A stretch of 64,000 nucleotides of DNA from Squalus acanthias (Eukaryota), in assembly GCA_030390025.1 (NCBI GenBank), contig CM059432.1, forward strand, positions 77,564,001 to 77,628,000, in the 5' to 3' direction. A model generated the notes under the pieces. It did not search any database. It was not told the origin of the DNA and saw nothing but the letters and a program-made list of their open reading frames with translations. The translations under genes and the position numbers were made by a program. Below, piece after piece: positions 12,313 to 26,025 of this stretch (its first letter is position 1; the number at the start of each line of letters is the position of its first letter).

Positions 12313-13465
12313 TCATAGAATCATAGATTCATAGAATCTTACAGCATAGAAGGAGGCCATTCAGCCCGTCGTGCCTGTGCCGGCTCTTTGAAAGAACTGT
12401 CCAATTTAGTCCCACACCCTAGCTTTTCCCCCAACCCTGCAAATTAGTCCTCTTCAAGTACATGTCCAATTGCCTTTTGAAAGTTCCTATTGAATCTGAT
12501 TCCACCACCCTTTCAGGTAGTGTGTTCCAGATCTTAACAACCCACTGTGTGAAGACATTTCTCCTCTAGTTCTTTTGTCAATTATTTTAACTCTATGACC
12601 TCTGGCTACCAACCCACTTGCCCGGGGAAACCATTTCTCCCTACTTGCCCCTCATAATTTTGAATATCTCTATTAGGTCTCCCCTTAACCTTTCCTGCTC
12701 TAAGCAGAACAATCCCAGCTTCTCCAATCTCTCCACATAACCGAAGTCCCTCATCCCCAGTATTATCCAAGTAAACCTCCTCTGAACACTCTCCAAGGCC
12801 TTGACATCCTTCCTAAAGTGTGGTGCCGAGAACTGAACATAATACTCTAGCTGAGGCCTAACCAGAGATTTGTAAAGGTTTAGCATGACTTCCTTGTTTT
12901 TATATTCAATGCCCCTATTTACAAAACCAAGTATCCCATACACTTTCTTTACTGCCTTATCAACTTGTCCTGCCACCTTCAAAGATTTGTGAATAGGCAC
13001 CCCAGGTCCCTCTGCTCTTGCACCCCCTCAAAATATTACCATTTAAATTATGCTGCCTCTCCATGTTGTTTCTCCCAAAGTGCATCACTTCACACTTATC
13101 CACGTGAAATTGCACCTGCCATGTGTCTGCCCATTTCACCAGTCTGTCTATGTCCTCCTGAAGTCTGCTAGTATCCTGTTCATTGCCAAATTTTCTATTG
13201 TCTGTAAACTTCGAAATTGTACTCCCTGTACCCAAGTCCAAGTCATTTATATCGAACAAGAAAAGCAATGGCCCTAACACCAAGCCCTGGGTGACCCCAC
13301 TGCATACTTCTCTCCAGTCAGAAAAACATCCATTCGCCACTACTCTCTGACTCCTATCCCATAGCCAATTACATACCCAAGTTACCACCTTCCCTTTAAT
13401 ACCATGTGCTGCTATTTTCTGAATAAGTCTGTTATGTGGTACTTTACCATATACCTTTTGAAAGT
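12313..13465 (-). mobile_element. CR1 LINE 3' fragment
   Basis: RT motifs SGVTQGLVLGPLLF, LYKSLVRPQLEY, RLRGDLIE; microsatellite tail (catagaat)n at about 12313-12340. Confidence 0.9.
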
Positions 13466-13809
13466 CTCACAAGGCACAGAGGGCAAAGGTACATTTTTAG
13501 ATGCAAAAGCCAGACATGTGCTCACACACAGAGCACAGACAATTTTTTGCATACGGAGGACATAGACACATGTTTATACATAGAGGGCACAGGTTCACAA
13601 ATAGTGGACACATGTTTGTTCGCAAACAAAGGGCACAAACATATGTTGAGAAACAGAGGAGACCAAGGGACAGTAATGCAATAATGCCAAATGGCCAATG
13701 TAGCTCTGTGTTTTGGGCGCCAGAGCCTCATATTACCAGGTGCTGAGTCCTGCTCAATGGCCAAAGTGCACAACAGCCTAAAATGTGGCAGCCACACACT
13801 GAGTACTCT

Positions 13810-14702
13810 GGGGGAAAAATTCAGTTGGTTGCGCCTCCTGTAAGCGCCTTAAGAGGGCGCTAATGGGGCGCAAAGTAACTAGCGCCCGGGCGCGGCGATG
13901 TTTGCACCGCTCGCGAAATTAACTAGACATTTTGCGGCAGCGCTAAACACTACCGCCACAATCTCCTGCGCCGGCAGATCGTGACGTCAGTCGAGTGCAC
14001 AACACCCCGGTAGCGCCTCGGAGCGGATATTGAGTGGTGCCCCCTGCCTTACCGCCTGCCGCTAGCAACGACAGGTTGAGGGGAGCGTTTTGCAGTCAGG
14101 AAGGGACTGGGGGAGCGCTATTTAAAGGTGACCGCTTCCTGCCTTTTTTTGTTGGTGACATTTTTGAACCACGCATTCTGAGAGAGAGAGAGAGAGACTT
14201 CTGGAGAGATTCAACGCTGTGTGAAGGAGTTTTGGGTACTGAGCAGCACTTTGCAGGTTCATTTTGATTTGCCCTTCCTTATATCAATTTAGAAGAGACT
14301 GTGGGGGTTGCACTCTGAGCTCTTTCCCTGGTTCGCTCCATTGTTTTTTCCAGCAGATTTGATGTACAGGTCTCTCCAGGCCGAGATTCAAGGCTGCAAT
14401 GAGCAGGATGTGGATGGAAAGCAAAATCAACCCTCCCCTTTAAGAACTGGCCGGCGCCATTGTGTCTGTGTTCCATTGCTGACTGACATCACATGAGCTT
14501 TGCCAGCGCTCTGAGGTAGCGCCTCGCTCCTCGGCCTCTGCGCCTTAAGACAGATGTGTAGCGCCTGATTTAGCGCTCCAATCACCTCCAGGGGCGATAA
14601 AAGTCAAGTTTGCAGTTGGAGGCGATAATTAGCGCCAGGCGCTAATCTTTGCGCCCGGCCGATAATTGCGCCCCAAATGGGGCGATACTGAATTTCTCCC
14701 CC
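13810..14702. mobile_element. Non-autonomous deletion derivative of the family 1 Harbinger element (893 bp)
   Basis: TIRs GGGGGAAAAATTCAGT / GGGGGAGAAATTCAGT (rc), TCT TSD on both sides. Left ~460 bp is homologous to 26692-27150 and right ~330 bp to 30510-30840. Confidence 0.93.
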
Positions 14703-16694
14703 TCTATGTCTGTTCTGCACAAGGCTTATTAAGGCCCTGCTTTAATTTAAATGAGGGATCCTCCCCATAATGCAATTGGAGCACCTGAGCAGTGGTCTAG
14801 ACACTCAATGCTTGTTTGCCACAGACACTTCAGACAAATAAATGGAACAAAAATCGGGCGGTTTCTACAATATGGGCGATCCGTTCTGCCAGGTTACCGC
14901 CCAAGCAGCGAACCTGAATTACCCACAGTGTGCTCAACTTGTGTAGTAGTAAGGCACTACAATTGACCTTGAACACCCAACTGCCTATGATTGACCCACC
15001 AATGTGACTTATTAATGAGCCCTGAAGGAACAGACCTGTCACGAGGACATGGGATTTTTCCCACTCAGTTGCAGATAACCCTGAAAGCCAATGTCCAAAT
15101 AAGTAGGGTGATAATGGCTGGACTTACAGCAGGAAACTTACCTCTCCTCTATACTAATGAATTGTAGCTTTAGCTGATTAAACTCCAACAGTAGCCTACT
15201 GACCATTTGGGCATGCTAAGCTTTGGCTCTTGCCAATCTGGGCTTAACCTGCCTGGACTTAGCTAAGTGTGGTGTGTCTCTAGAAGGAGAGAGTGTGCAC
15301 TCCATATCAGAAATTCTGGCTGTGGAAATAACTCAGTAGCTTAGTTTGGAGACTTAAGTATGGTGATTAGCTATTGTACTCGTCAAAGCCAGCTCACCAA
15401 AGAAAAAACTCCTGAATGGTTTTTTTGCTGAACTAATTGCTGTAACTATTAGTAAAGTTCACTCAAAATTTTATAAAGCACACATTATTTTTATAGAATT
15501 ATAACTGGAGGATATTTCATGAATTAGAAACTTCACAATTCACTCCTGACTTCATGCGATTCAGAAATTAAGTATTGTCCAGCAATATGGCATTCTATTT
15601 ATAGAAAAATATTCAGTCATTGTCAGAGTTCATTTATCTTATATTGAAAGTGTATGATTTTAATAGTGAGCTCAATAAGTGGGGTGGAAGATTCCTTTGT
15701 AATACCAAAGTGTGTGGTCAGGCTCCTCTGCTGGTGACAGAACTATGTTTAGCTTGGCACTGGAAATATTGGAGTGAGGTTGTCTGGTGGTTCTCGTAAT
15801 AGATGTTTGATCACAGATGAAATTTGTAATTGTTTTCTCAGGTAATTATTATGTGATGGATATCATGTAATTTCAGCATGGGGGGTGAAGGTGGGGGGGG
15901 GAGAGAGATTCATAAAGGCTATGTAGGGTAGCAGAATTACACTTACATAGAAATGAAATACTAGCTTCAGAATTTTACCAACTTGTCCTATTTAGTTCTA
16001 CCTATGAGCAAAGGCATATCATGAAAACAGTTGTAGAGTAACTGGATTGTTTCAGAAGTCAAACTCAAAGTTGCATTGATGAGATCATTTCTCCTTTTGC
16101 AGCCTATGTCATTTTCTTTAAAAATGAGAGATGGCTTCAGGCACTTTCAGTGGAATCTTTAAACTGCCGTTCAGTCTGTGCAGCATTCTCCTTTGTTGTT
16201 GTTGCTTCAGTTAGTTTTAGAATAAGTTAAATCCAACACTCTGGAAATTCTGTATTTTAAATTGATTAAGAGAGGTATTTATTTAATGGGTTGTGGGTGG
16301 GGGAGGTTATGGCAACTGATTTACAAATGTTCAAAACTGTAATTAAAATACTGTGATCAGCAATTAGGACTTTTAAGCTGTCTTAGTTGTTCTGGTGTGG
16401 TATTACATTCTGCTTAACATGTGGCATTCATGATAATTAAAATGATACTAACACATGGACAATTTTATGGCCCTTATGGTGCAGCCCATTATGCCAAATA
16501 CAGGCCTATGTTTGCATAACATACTCTACACAGCCTCATTACGCCTACTCTTCTCTTCCCTCCTTTAAACTAACAAATGTTAAGGCAATTCTCAGACAAA
16601 TGTAATCTGGCTTTCTGAGTTGACAGCTCTTATCAGTGAGTAATGAAAGGGAAACATTTTCAGTTAGACCTAAGAAGGTTACAAGCCATTCTTT

Positions 16695-16800
16695 GGGGGT
16701 GAACCTGGTCAATAGAAAGGAATTTTGGGCGCGGTGTAAAATGGGTTGCTGATTCGCTATCGTTTGTTTTGCACTTTTGCCAAAGACCAATTTCAGCCCC
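16695..16800. mobile_element. Mini Harbinger-type MITE
   Basis: GGGGGTGAA...AATTTCAGCCCC flanked by TTT; reverse-complement similarity to 35711-35832. Confidence 0.5.
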
Positions 16801-18011
16801 TTTGTATCCAGTGTACTAATTTCAAAGTGTCCTTTCCATTTTACTACAGCTAATAAATCATTCTTTGTAGTCATGTTCATATTTAGAGTTAATTTTGAGA
16901 GTTTGGGGTCTTTACAGTCTTTTTCATTTTTAAGTGCATTCTCTTTAAATAGTACATAGGGAATTGCTGTCCTTTTACTATTAGGACACAAGGTATAGGT
17001 CAGTTTTGCATCCAAACAGTACACCATACAGAAGGAAGAAAATAAAAGAATACAGGAAAAGGCTAAGGAAGCAGGAGAAGAAACAGCTTCAGTTCAACAG
17101 CAATAGGCTGTGATTTCTATGATTCTGTGAATTAACTTTGTTCCTTTGTTTTTGTTGCCTTTAATTTTTATCTTCTGTTTTCAGCTTTTCTCCTCACCAT
17201 ACATATCCTCCTCCCACTGGGAGAGTGCAGGATACAGGAAATTTGAAGAATAATTGGTATGGATGCCTATGGGGGTACATGATTTCAGATTCCCAGACTT
17301 TGCTAAGAGATATGAATACAAATACCCCCAGCATAATCTTGGTAAGGATTGTTGAAACTTGAGCACCTGCGATACCCATTCTGGTACAGTTTAGATGCAG
17401 GATTGCTTACACACTAGCTCAGGTTTTCAGTGGCATCGATTGCACTCCACAGGTGGCAGAAGGAGTCACAATCTGAGCAAGATGTCAGCTTTTCCCTCAC
17501 CAAGATGGAGCACATTGATTCCACGTGGCATTCCATCTGGCATTCTGGCTGAGGACTCAATAAACTCACTCAACTGAGGCAATCATGTTGAAGTGACAGG
17601 CAGTGCTGGGACTTGGACTCATGACATTCTGGGTTGAAGCCAAGCACTCCACTGTTGGAGCTATCAGGCTGCTCCAAACTACCATACAATTTTTGGTTGT
17701 GAGGCCTGAATGAACTTAGTTTACGGTTTTACCTTTGGCACCTTAAGCACTTACATTTGACAGCTATAAATTCAGATTTGATCCAGATATAGATCTGATC
17801 TGAATTAGAATAAATTGGTTAACTCCTGCTCTACATTCAAATAAAGACTCACTTCCACGCATCCACACCAACCTGACTCCAATCCATACTTTCTTGGTAC
17901 TCTATACAACATCTATGTAAATAGCAATAGCCTTCAAAAGTAGTGCTGCTCATAGCTGTACTAATTAGAACTCCATTAGATTTGTGAAAATCAAAGTCAT
18001 TTTGTAACAAT

Positions 18012-18855
18012 GGGGGGAGTTTTGCCAACCCTGGGGAGGCGGGTATGGAGGCGGGACTGCCGGGAAAATGGCAGCAACTGGGAGCGGGTACCGAACCCGC
18101 CCCCAACCCGCCTCCGTGCCATCTTCCCGGGAGGCGGGTCCCTGAGTCGCGCAGGGACCCGTCTTCTCGAGGCGGGAAGGGGATTACAGCCATTTAACTG
18201 CCTCTTAACAGATAGTTAAGAGGCAGTTAAGAGGATTATCTCCATTTTACCCCTGCAAGTGCGGGCTTCCCGACGGCTGCGAACCTCGCCAGGGTCAGCG
18301 AGGTGAGCAGTGGGTCTGCGGGGGTGAGTGGGATCGAAAAGTGCGCTGTGGAGGTGAGTGATGGGTGCAAGTGTGGAGAGGTAAGTATGAGAAGTGAGTG
18401 TAAAGTGTTAGAAAAAGTTTACTTACCTTTGTTTCTTCCTGCAGGCTTCAACCCTTGGGGATCTGGAGATGCCTCCTCTCAATGGCAGAGATGACAGAAT
18501 GGCTGCTGTATTCTCCGATGCAGCAGCCATCTGATTTCTGCTGAGGAAAGAGGTTTGGTGAGTCTTCAGTACAAGGACTGACCTTAGAACAGAGATTGTC
18601 AGTGTTTGACAGCTTCTCTAAGCTGTCAAATGCTGACAATACATCTGTCAAAAATTTTGACAGATAAAACATCATACGCTGACATCCTCTGTCACCGGCT
18701 TTCCCTTAATTGGCCGGCTAAGCCCGCAGGGCGGGCTTAACAAGGTCAATCAAGGGAAAGTAGCGTGGGTTGGCCGGACGTCGTTGGGGGCAGGACTAAA
18801 TCCCGAAAACCAGCAGTCCCGCCCCCAATGCGCCCCCATTGACAAAATCCAGCCC
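18012..18855. mobile_element. Harbinger-type MITE (844 bp)
   Basis: Termini GGGGGGAGTTTTG / GGGCTGGATTTTG (rc), AAT TSD on both sides; same family as 2770-3525, opposite orientation. Confidence 0.8.
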
Positions 18856-18929
18856 AATGAGTATGACACTTTTTTCAAAGCACATGCAGAGACTGAGTGA
18901 CTGAGCACTTGGACAAGTATCAGCTGATC

Positions 18930-19730
18930 AAAGAGAGTCAGCATTGATTTGTGAAGGATAAGTCAGGTCTGACTAATCTAGTTGAAGTTTTTGATGAGGT
19001 CATTGGCATGGTGGATAGGGGAGTGTCTATGGACGTTGTCTATATGGACTTTCAGAAAACATTTGATAAAGTTCCACACAAGAACACATTAACAAAAATA
19101 AAAGTGCATGGAATTGAAGGTAACCTTGTGACAAGGACCGTTATTTAGTTGGGAGGTAGGAGATAGAGAGTAGAGGGTAAAGAGTTCATTCTCTGATTGG
19201 TGGAATGTGACAAGTGGTGTTCCCCAGGGATCTGTACTGAGGCCTTAACTTTTCACCATATGTATTAATGACTTGGATAAAGGAATAGAGTTGTATATCC
19301 AAGTTTGTAGATTACACTACGATAAAGGCACAGTAAGTATTGTGGATGGGAGCAGGAAGTTACAAAGGGACATAGACAAACTAAATGAGTAGGTAAAACT
19401 ATGGCAGATGGATTTCAATGTAGGGAAGTGAGAGGTAAACCACTTTTGACCTGAGAAAGAGATATCAGAATATTTTCTTAATGGTGAGACTAGGAGCTGT
19501 GGAGGAGCAAAGGGATTTAGGTATCCATGTACACAAATCGCTAAAAGCTAGTGCACAGGTACTAAAAGTAAACAAAAAAGGTTAATAGAATGTGAGCCTT
19601 TATTTCAAGCGGGCTGAAATTCAAAAGTGAGGAAGTGATGCTTCAGTTGTTCAGAGCCTTGGTCAGACGCCATCTTGAGTACTGCAGTTAGTTTTGGGCA
19701 CCAAACCTCAGGAAAGACATACTGGTCATA
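18930..19730 (+). mobile_element. CR1 LINE fragment (continues at 22358-22688)
   Basis: RT motifs LTNLVEVFDEV, DVVYMDFQKTFDKVPH; degenerate. Confidence 0.88.
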
Positions 19731-19923
19731 GACCTTGGACCTCCACCCATCCCTCTATCTCTATCTATATTATCACATCCCCATCTCACTAGCCACCCTC
19801 ACACTCACCCTCATCATAGTGCAATCATACCAACTAACAACACACAAGGATAGGCACTTGGGTGTTTTATGCAATGTTCATGTAAAGTTTCTGTTAATGT
19901 GGTGTCAAACATTGAAACCTTTA

Positions 19924-20053
19924 CAAAAGCAAAATACTGCGGATGCTGGAAATCTAAAATAAAAACAGAAAATGCTGGAAATACTCAGCAGGTCAGGCAG
20001 CATCTGTGGAGAGAGAAACAGAGTTAACGTTTCAGGTCGCTGACCCTTCATCA
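19924..20053 (-). mobile_element. Penelope-type terminal fragment with hammerhead core
   Basis: Reverse complement of the 4200-4310 tail; flanked by direct repeat GAAACCTTTA (19914-19923 and 20054-20063). Confidence 0.85.
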
Positions 20054-20054
20054 G
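20022..20054 (-). ncRNA. Minimal hammerhead ribozyme core (5' strand of stem I lost at junction)
   Basis: Minus strand: CTGATGA-agGGTC agc GACCt-GAAA-CG-TT-AACT; core boxes and ACGT palindrome intact. Confidence 0.7.
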
Positions 20055-20387
20055 AAACCTTTATTTTCAACACTTTGCGTTCTTGGACAGATTTGTGTGC
20101 ACCTTTGGAAGTGGCTTAGTGAGTTGCAGTGAACGGTGAGACATAACGGTACCCCCACAATGGTGATGAGTGTGAAAGGAATGGCTTGGGCATTGTAGGG
20201 ATTCTTTATGGTGTTGGTGTAGGGTGGTGCCAACCTGACACATCATGTGGCAGCCAGGGTGTACAGCGTCAAGTGAAGTAAATCTGGCCATGGTGAGGCC
20301 ATCCCTAGCCTCCCAGGCAGCAATGTGGTTGGGTGCTGGTGCCCTCTGTCCTGTGCAGCATCAGTTGATTGCAGAGAAGGTTGGTGC

Positions 20388-21710
20388 TAGAAAATAATAA
20401 TAATAGGATTGGGCAGAGTCAATATGGATTTATGAAAGGGAAATCATGTTTGACGAATCTGTTAGAGGTTTTTGAGGTTGTAACTAGCAGAATAGATAAG
20501 GGGGAATGTGCTGTATTTGGATTTTCAGAAGGCATTCGATAAGGTGCCACACAAGAGGTTATTAAACAAAATTAGGGCTCATGGGATTGTGGGTAATATA
20601 CTAGCATGGATTGAGGATTGGTTAACGGACAGAAAACAGAGAATAGGAATAAACGGTTCATTTTCGGGTTGGCAGGCTGTAACTAGTGGGGGACCGCAAG
20701 GATCAGTGCTTGGGCCTCAGCTATTCACAATCTAAATCAATGATTTGGATGACGGGACCAAATGTAATATATCCAACTTTGCTGATGATACAAAGCTGGG
20801 TGGGAATGTAAGTTGTGAGGAGGATGTAAAGAGGCTTCAAGGGGATATAAATAAGCTACGTGAGTGGGCAAGAACATGGCAAATGGAATATAATGTGGAA
20901 AAATGTGAAGTTATCCACTTTGGTAGGAAAAATAGAAAAGCAGAGTATTTTTTAAATGGTGAGAGATTGGGAAATGTTGGTGTTCAGAGGGACCTGGGTG
21001 TCCTTGTACACGAATCACTGAAAGTTAACATGCAGGTATAGCAAGCAATTAGGAAAGCAAATGGTATGTTGGCCTTTATTACAAGAGGATTTGAGTATAA
21101 GAGTAAAGACATTTTACTGCAATTATATAGGGCCCTGGTGAGACCACACCTGGAGTATTGTATACAGTTTTGGCCTCCTTACCTAAGGAAGGATATACTT
21201 GCCATAGAGTGAGTGCAACAAAGGTTCACCAGACTGGTTCCTGGGATGGGGGGATTGTCCTATGTGGAGAGATTGAGTAGATTAGGCCTATATTCTCTAG
21301 AGTTCAGAAGAATGAGAGGTGATCTCATTGAAACATACAAAATTCTTACAGGGCTTGACAGAGTAGATGCAGGGAGGATGTTTCCCCTGGCTGGGGAGTC
21401 TAGAACCAGGGGTCACAGTCTCAGAATAAGGGGTCGGCCATTTAGGACTGAGATGAGGAGAAATTTCTTCACTCAGAGGGTGGTGAATCTTTGGAATTCT
21501 CTACCCCAGAGAGCTGTGGAGGCTTAGTCATTGAGTCTACTCAAGACAAAGATCAACAGATTTTTGGATATTAAGGGAATCAAGGGATATGGGGATAGTG
21601 CAGGAAAGTAGAGTTGAGGTCGAAGATCAGCCATGATCTTATTGATTGCTGGAGCAGGCTCGAGGGGCCAAATGGCCTACTCCTGCTCATATTTCTTATG
21701 TTCTTATGTT
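20388..21710 (+). mobile_element. CR1 LINE, 5'-truncated
   Basis: [38 protein letters not shown]; tail (ttcttatg)n; a few stops. Confidence 0.93.
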
Positions 21711-22357
21711 GTTGTTGGTGTTGCTGGTGTGCCTGGTGTTGCTGGTGCTGGGGCTGATTGTGGTCAGATTCTGAGGACCAAGGTGAGAGAGTATAAATAG
21801 TACCCATGCTGATGAAATAGATGGCAGATGAAATTGAGATGACAGAAGCAATCTGGCAATGGTGAGAGAGGTTGTTCCAATGAGGTGACACTGGATAGAG
21901 AGTTTGCTTCAAACACTTGCAATCTGCATAAAGCTCAATCTGTCTTTCAAATGCAGTAAGCAACAGCTTCTGAGCTTGGAAAATGAAGAGTTTTGAGGTG
22001 GGAGCTTTTATAGCACATTTTAAGCTGTCAAGTAATCAGCTGATTCAATGGCAATTCATCTCCTGCCTCAGCTTAACAGACGTGATCCCCGAGCAGTGAG
22101 GACCCTGTGGGCAAGCACGTAAAATCAAAAGGTGAGCTCAAATGTATTCTTAATAATCTCTAAACAAGGTCATAATGACTTGAATTGGGTCTGCCGCCGC
22201 TGCGTGTCGGGTCTGCTCAGAGCTGACAGACCTGACATCGGGGAAAGGCGCGTGGCGGCGGGTTCACAGCGGGGTCCCGACCCATTGGGGAAAAAGACCA
22301 CTTTCCCACCCGACCCGTCACCGATCGCGCCCACTGACCCCCCGGAAAATTTCAGCC

Positions 22358-22688
22358 AGAGAAACTATTTCCTCTAGTTGGGGAATCCAGTACAAGAGGG
22401 CATAATCTCAAAAAGAGAGCTAGGCCGTTTAGGATTGAAATCAGGAAGCACTTTTTCACACAAAGTGAAGTGGAAATCTAGAACTCGCTCCCCAAAAGGC
22501 TGTGGATGCTGGGTCAATTGAAATTTTCAAGACTGAGATCAATAGATTTTTGTTAGGTAAGGGTATCAAGGGATATAGAACAAAGGCGGGTAAATGGAGT
22601 TGAGGTACAGATCAGCAATGACCTAATTAAAAGGCAGAACAGGCTCGAGTGCCTGAATGGCCTCCTCCTCCTCCTCCTATGTTCCTAT
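22358..22688 (+). mobile_element. CR1 LINE 3' end
   Basis: Same 3' sequence as other CR1 copies, tail ctcctatgttcctat; probable continuation of 18930-19730. Confidence 0.8.
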
Positions 22689-25600
22689 ATTGTACTGCTG
22701 GTTAATTCATCCACTTTTATCCTTATAGCCATAAAATATATAGCATTGCTGTTTCTGAGTTATTCTATCATTCCCTCTTGGATTTATAAATGTTTAATCA
22801 TAAATTATTACCAGCCACTTGAGATAGTAATAAGAACAGTGCTAAAAGCAACGACAAATAGTGGGACATTTATGTTCTTGCTAGACACAAAAACATTCAG
22901 GATGTTTACTGAAGGCCCAATAAAAAACCTACTGAAGTAATTCTCAACCCACTGGGGAAATGGATTGCCACTGAGAATCTGAGCTCAGTGGTTAACGGTT
23001 ACAGTTCTCAGTGGCAAGGTATTTCCTGCTACATTGTATGTTTTGTTGTGCAAAATATGTTGCTTATTGTTCCTCATCTGGTTGTTTAAGATAATCAATT
23101 TTAGCGTGAAGTCTCTCAGGTCATTCTAACTTTCAAAATATGTATTACTTTTTGAAATTTGGAAAACTGAGTTCTGCAAATGGGTACGACAGAAATATAA
23201 AAATCTGGTCACTTCTTAATTCGAATTGCTTTCTAGACAAAAATATTTTTCTTAAATTTTATGGAAATGGCACGGCAATGATCAGCAGGTTGAATACCAA
23301 TTCCAAAATTCACCCATAGTCGGTAATATAAATTCTGTATGTACAATTCTCTGGAAATTTTTATCCTAAATGTTACAGAGTCGAATTACAGAAATATTCA
23401 GAATCACATGTATTTTGTTTATGAAGGCAGTTCTCACAATGGCATTCCCTGATATGTCTAATATAAAATGCGCTCTTCATAGCTACATGTGAAAGTACAC
23501 ACGGTCCCCTACCTAGAAATCTCCTTTCAATATACTTCCATCTTTATATGTCTCATAAAGGACACCATATATGGGGGAATTGATTGCTGTAATGGGTTAT
23601 AACCCTGGATTACCAAACAAAATTGCGTGCCTCATGGAAACACTACCCGAAACAACAAGGTCACAGTCCAAAACCTAGAAAACTGAATCCTTTCATCTAT
23701 TGTTTGGTTAACATCAATATTTGTGATCACCAAATCAGAGTATATTCATAAGCAAATAGCTTGAGTTTATTTGTTTCTTTCTCACACTAAATGAATTAAT
23801 TTGCAAGCTATTACTTGAATTGGCAGTTTATAGGCTTGTTTTACTGACAGTACTATTTGAAGTTTCCTGCGGTAACTTCATTACCCATATTTTGTTCAGA
23901 ATTACTGATGCGTGCCGAAAATTGCTAATGACAGATGTTTCTCCACTCTGTCACACTTCTCGTATCATTTGATTTGGAAAGCAACATACGGTGTTATGCT
24001 CTATCAGTATGTCACAGACTGTCTGTAAACAGCTGGTCATAACTCAGTTCAGTGAAAACCATTACTTTCCAATGAAGTGCTGGACAAGATCCAAATTTTG
24101 TTTTGGCATGGCCAGCACTGCATTATGCAGATAGTTTTGCTGCTACAGGGTTACCTGTGGAAGCAAAAGCTTCTTATTGCTTTACTTTACTTCAATGTAA
24201 GATGAGATTAAATCACAAACAACAGCAAACTAATTATATCCAGTAAACCGTCCAAAAGCTGCTCGCACATTTTGCCCTGCCAACTGTATGCTTCCTGGAT
24301 AAATAACTCTGGTAAACTGAACAGAAATGGATAATAGGGAATGATCATTTAAATGAAGTGTCCCTCTTAAACATTTCAAGGTGTCAGAAAAGATGGAAGG
24401 CATAGCTTCCGATAGACAGACAAATCCTGAAATTTTCTTCACAAGTAATCTTTTAAGCGTTCACTGCTAATTATGTCCTTTAAAATTTATCACTGATTTA
24501 TTTCACAGACTTCTGCCACTATTTCTGCTATCAATAAATAAATAGTCCAACAAAACTTCAGCTTCTTGGCTGTTGTAGCAATTATCACATTGTAATAGCA
24601 TTCCTTTTGGCTGCATTTAATTCACTTTAAATGTGTGTGCGTGCTCCTGCCAGCTAGCAACCATGTATGCTCTAGATTACATATGAAAGGGCCTCTTTGC
24701 ACTGAAGCAGGAGGTAAAACTAAGCAACACAAATTCTGGGAATGGCATCCATCACACAGTGCTCTAGACTAGAGTGAAATACGATGTGACATTAACCTAT
24801 AGAAAACAGTTTGAGCTCACAATTATCATAGCACTTTTAATCGTGCAAAATCAAAGAAATATCTTGAAAACTGATAAACATTTTTATTTGCTGTCTCACA
24901 TTGTTAATCGTCTGTGCTTTCTGTTCAATGCTAACATTTTCCAGGATGGAAGCATTTTGTAAAAGGTCCTTTAGGCATAAATGTACTGTTCTAAAAACAC
25001 AATATAGATTAGGTATTTTCCTTGGGGAGGAGATGGGACAGTGGAGTTAGACGCCGGTCTCTTACCTCTGAATGGAATGAATCCAGCTCAGGGGTGACTG
25101 ACGATTAGAATAGTTTTGCATTTGCATACTGTATGGATTGCATTCAATTCCCTATTTTGAAGAGAAGTGTCAGATTCAGGAAAATAATGGTACCTCATCT
25201 TTTGAGTCACTCAAACATTATTGGTTAGGGCACATATTCAGGCATCAAATACAGGAGGTCAAAATGACCAAATTAGCTGGATGTGTATTGGTGCAACTAT
25301 TGCTAGTGGTTATGCTACCATACTTTGGTTCTATGAATTAGGTTATTTATGTTGTCCACACAGGGCTGTGAAATATCAATAACCCCTTTATGCAAAGACT
25401 GAAATTTGACAAAACCTGCCATTGAAAAAAGACCAGCTGGTGCCATGTTAAATGCAGCAACAATGTGCACCACAGCCTTATTGGTAGATAAGAATCTCAT
25501 TTCGCAGTTGTCTAGAATAATATGGCACTTGAGAAAATTGCATATTTACTTAGATTACAATATGGCCTTTGCAGTATAGAGTATGGAATCCACTGAAATT

Positions 25601-26025
25601 TAATTACAAGACCTTGGTTTCACCTACCCTGTGATAACATCTTAGTGTTATACTGTTCCTCTCCTGGATAACTAACATGTGGAGCTATATTCTACAATAC
25701 TCTTTTTTTAGGCTTGACCTCAACTAACCATTGAAAGTCATACTAACCTACATGTCAGTATTGAGTGGTTTGCTGATATATGATTGCTATGTTCTGGGAA
25801 GTTCAAGCCCTGCCCTCTGCAAACGATGCAGTTGCTCCTCTCCAGAATGTATTGTAGAAGGGGTGGTAAGTTCCTATTAATTAAACATATTGTAAACATA
25901 GCAATCTGCCCACCCCATCCATAACATATCGTACACAGGGTTGGACAGATTTCTAGACTTACAAAGGCCTTGAATTTTCTCTGTATTTGCATGACATGCG
26001 AAACAGGGTCACAAATCAATTACAT

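Larger units (their letters stand above)
19735..22357. mobile_element. Internally deleted family 2 Harbinger derivative (copy D) with nested Penelope and CR1 insertions
   Basis: In order: Myb intron 1 piece, Myb 3' UTR, transposase C-terminus (MARFT, ~20277-20291) fused to transposase N-terminus/poly-Q, right terminus AAAATTTCAGCC at 22357. Left terminus missing. Confidence 0.8.
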
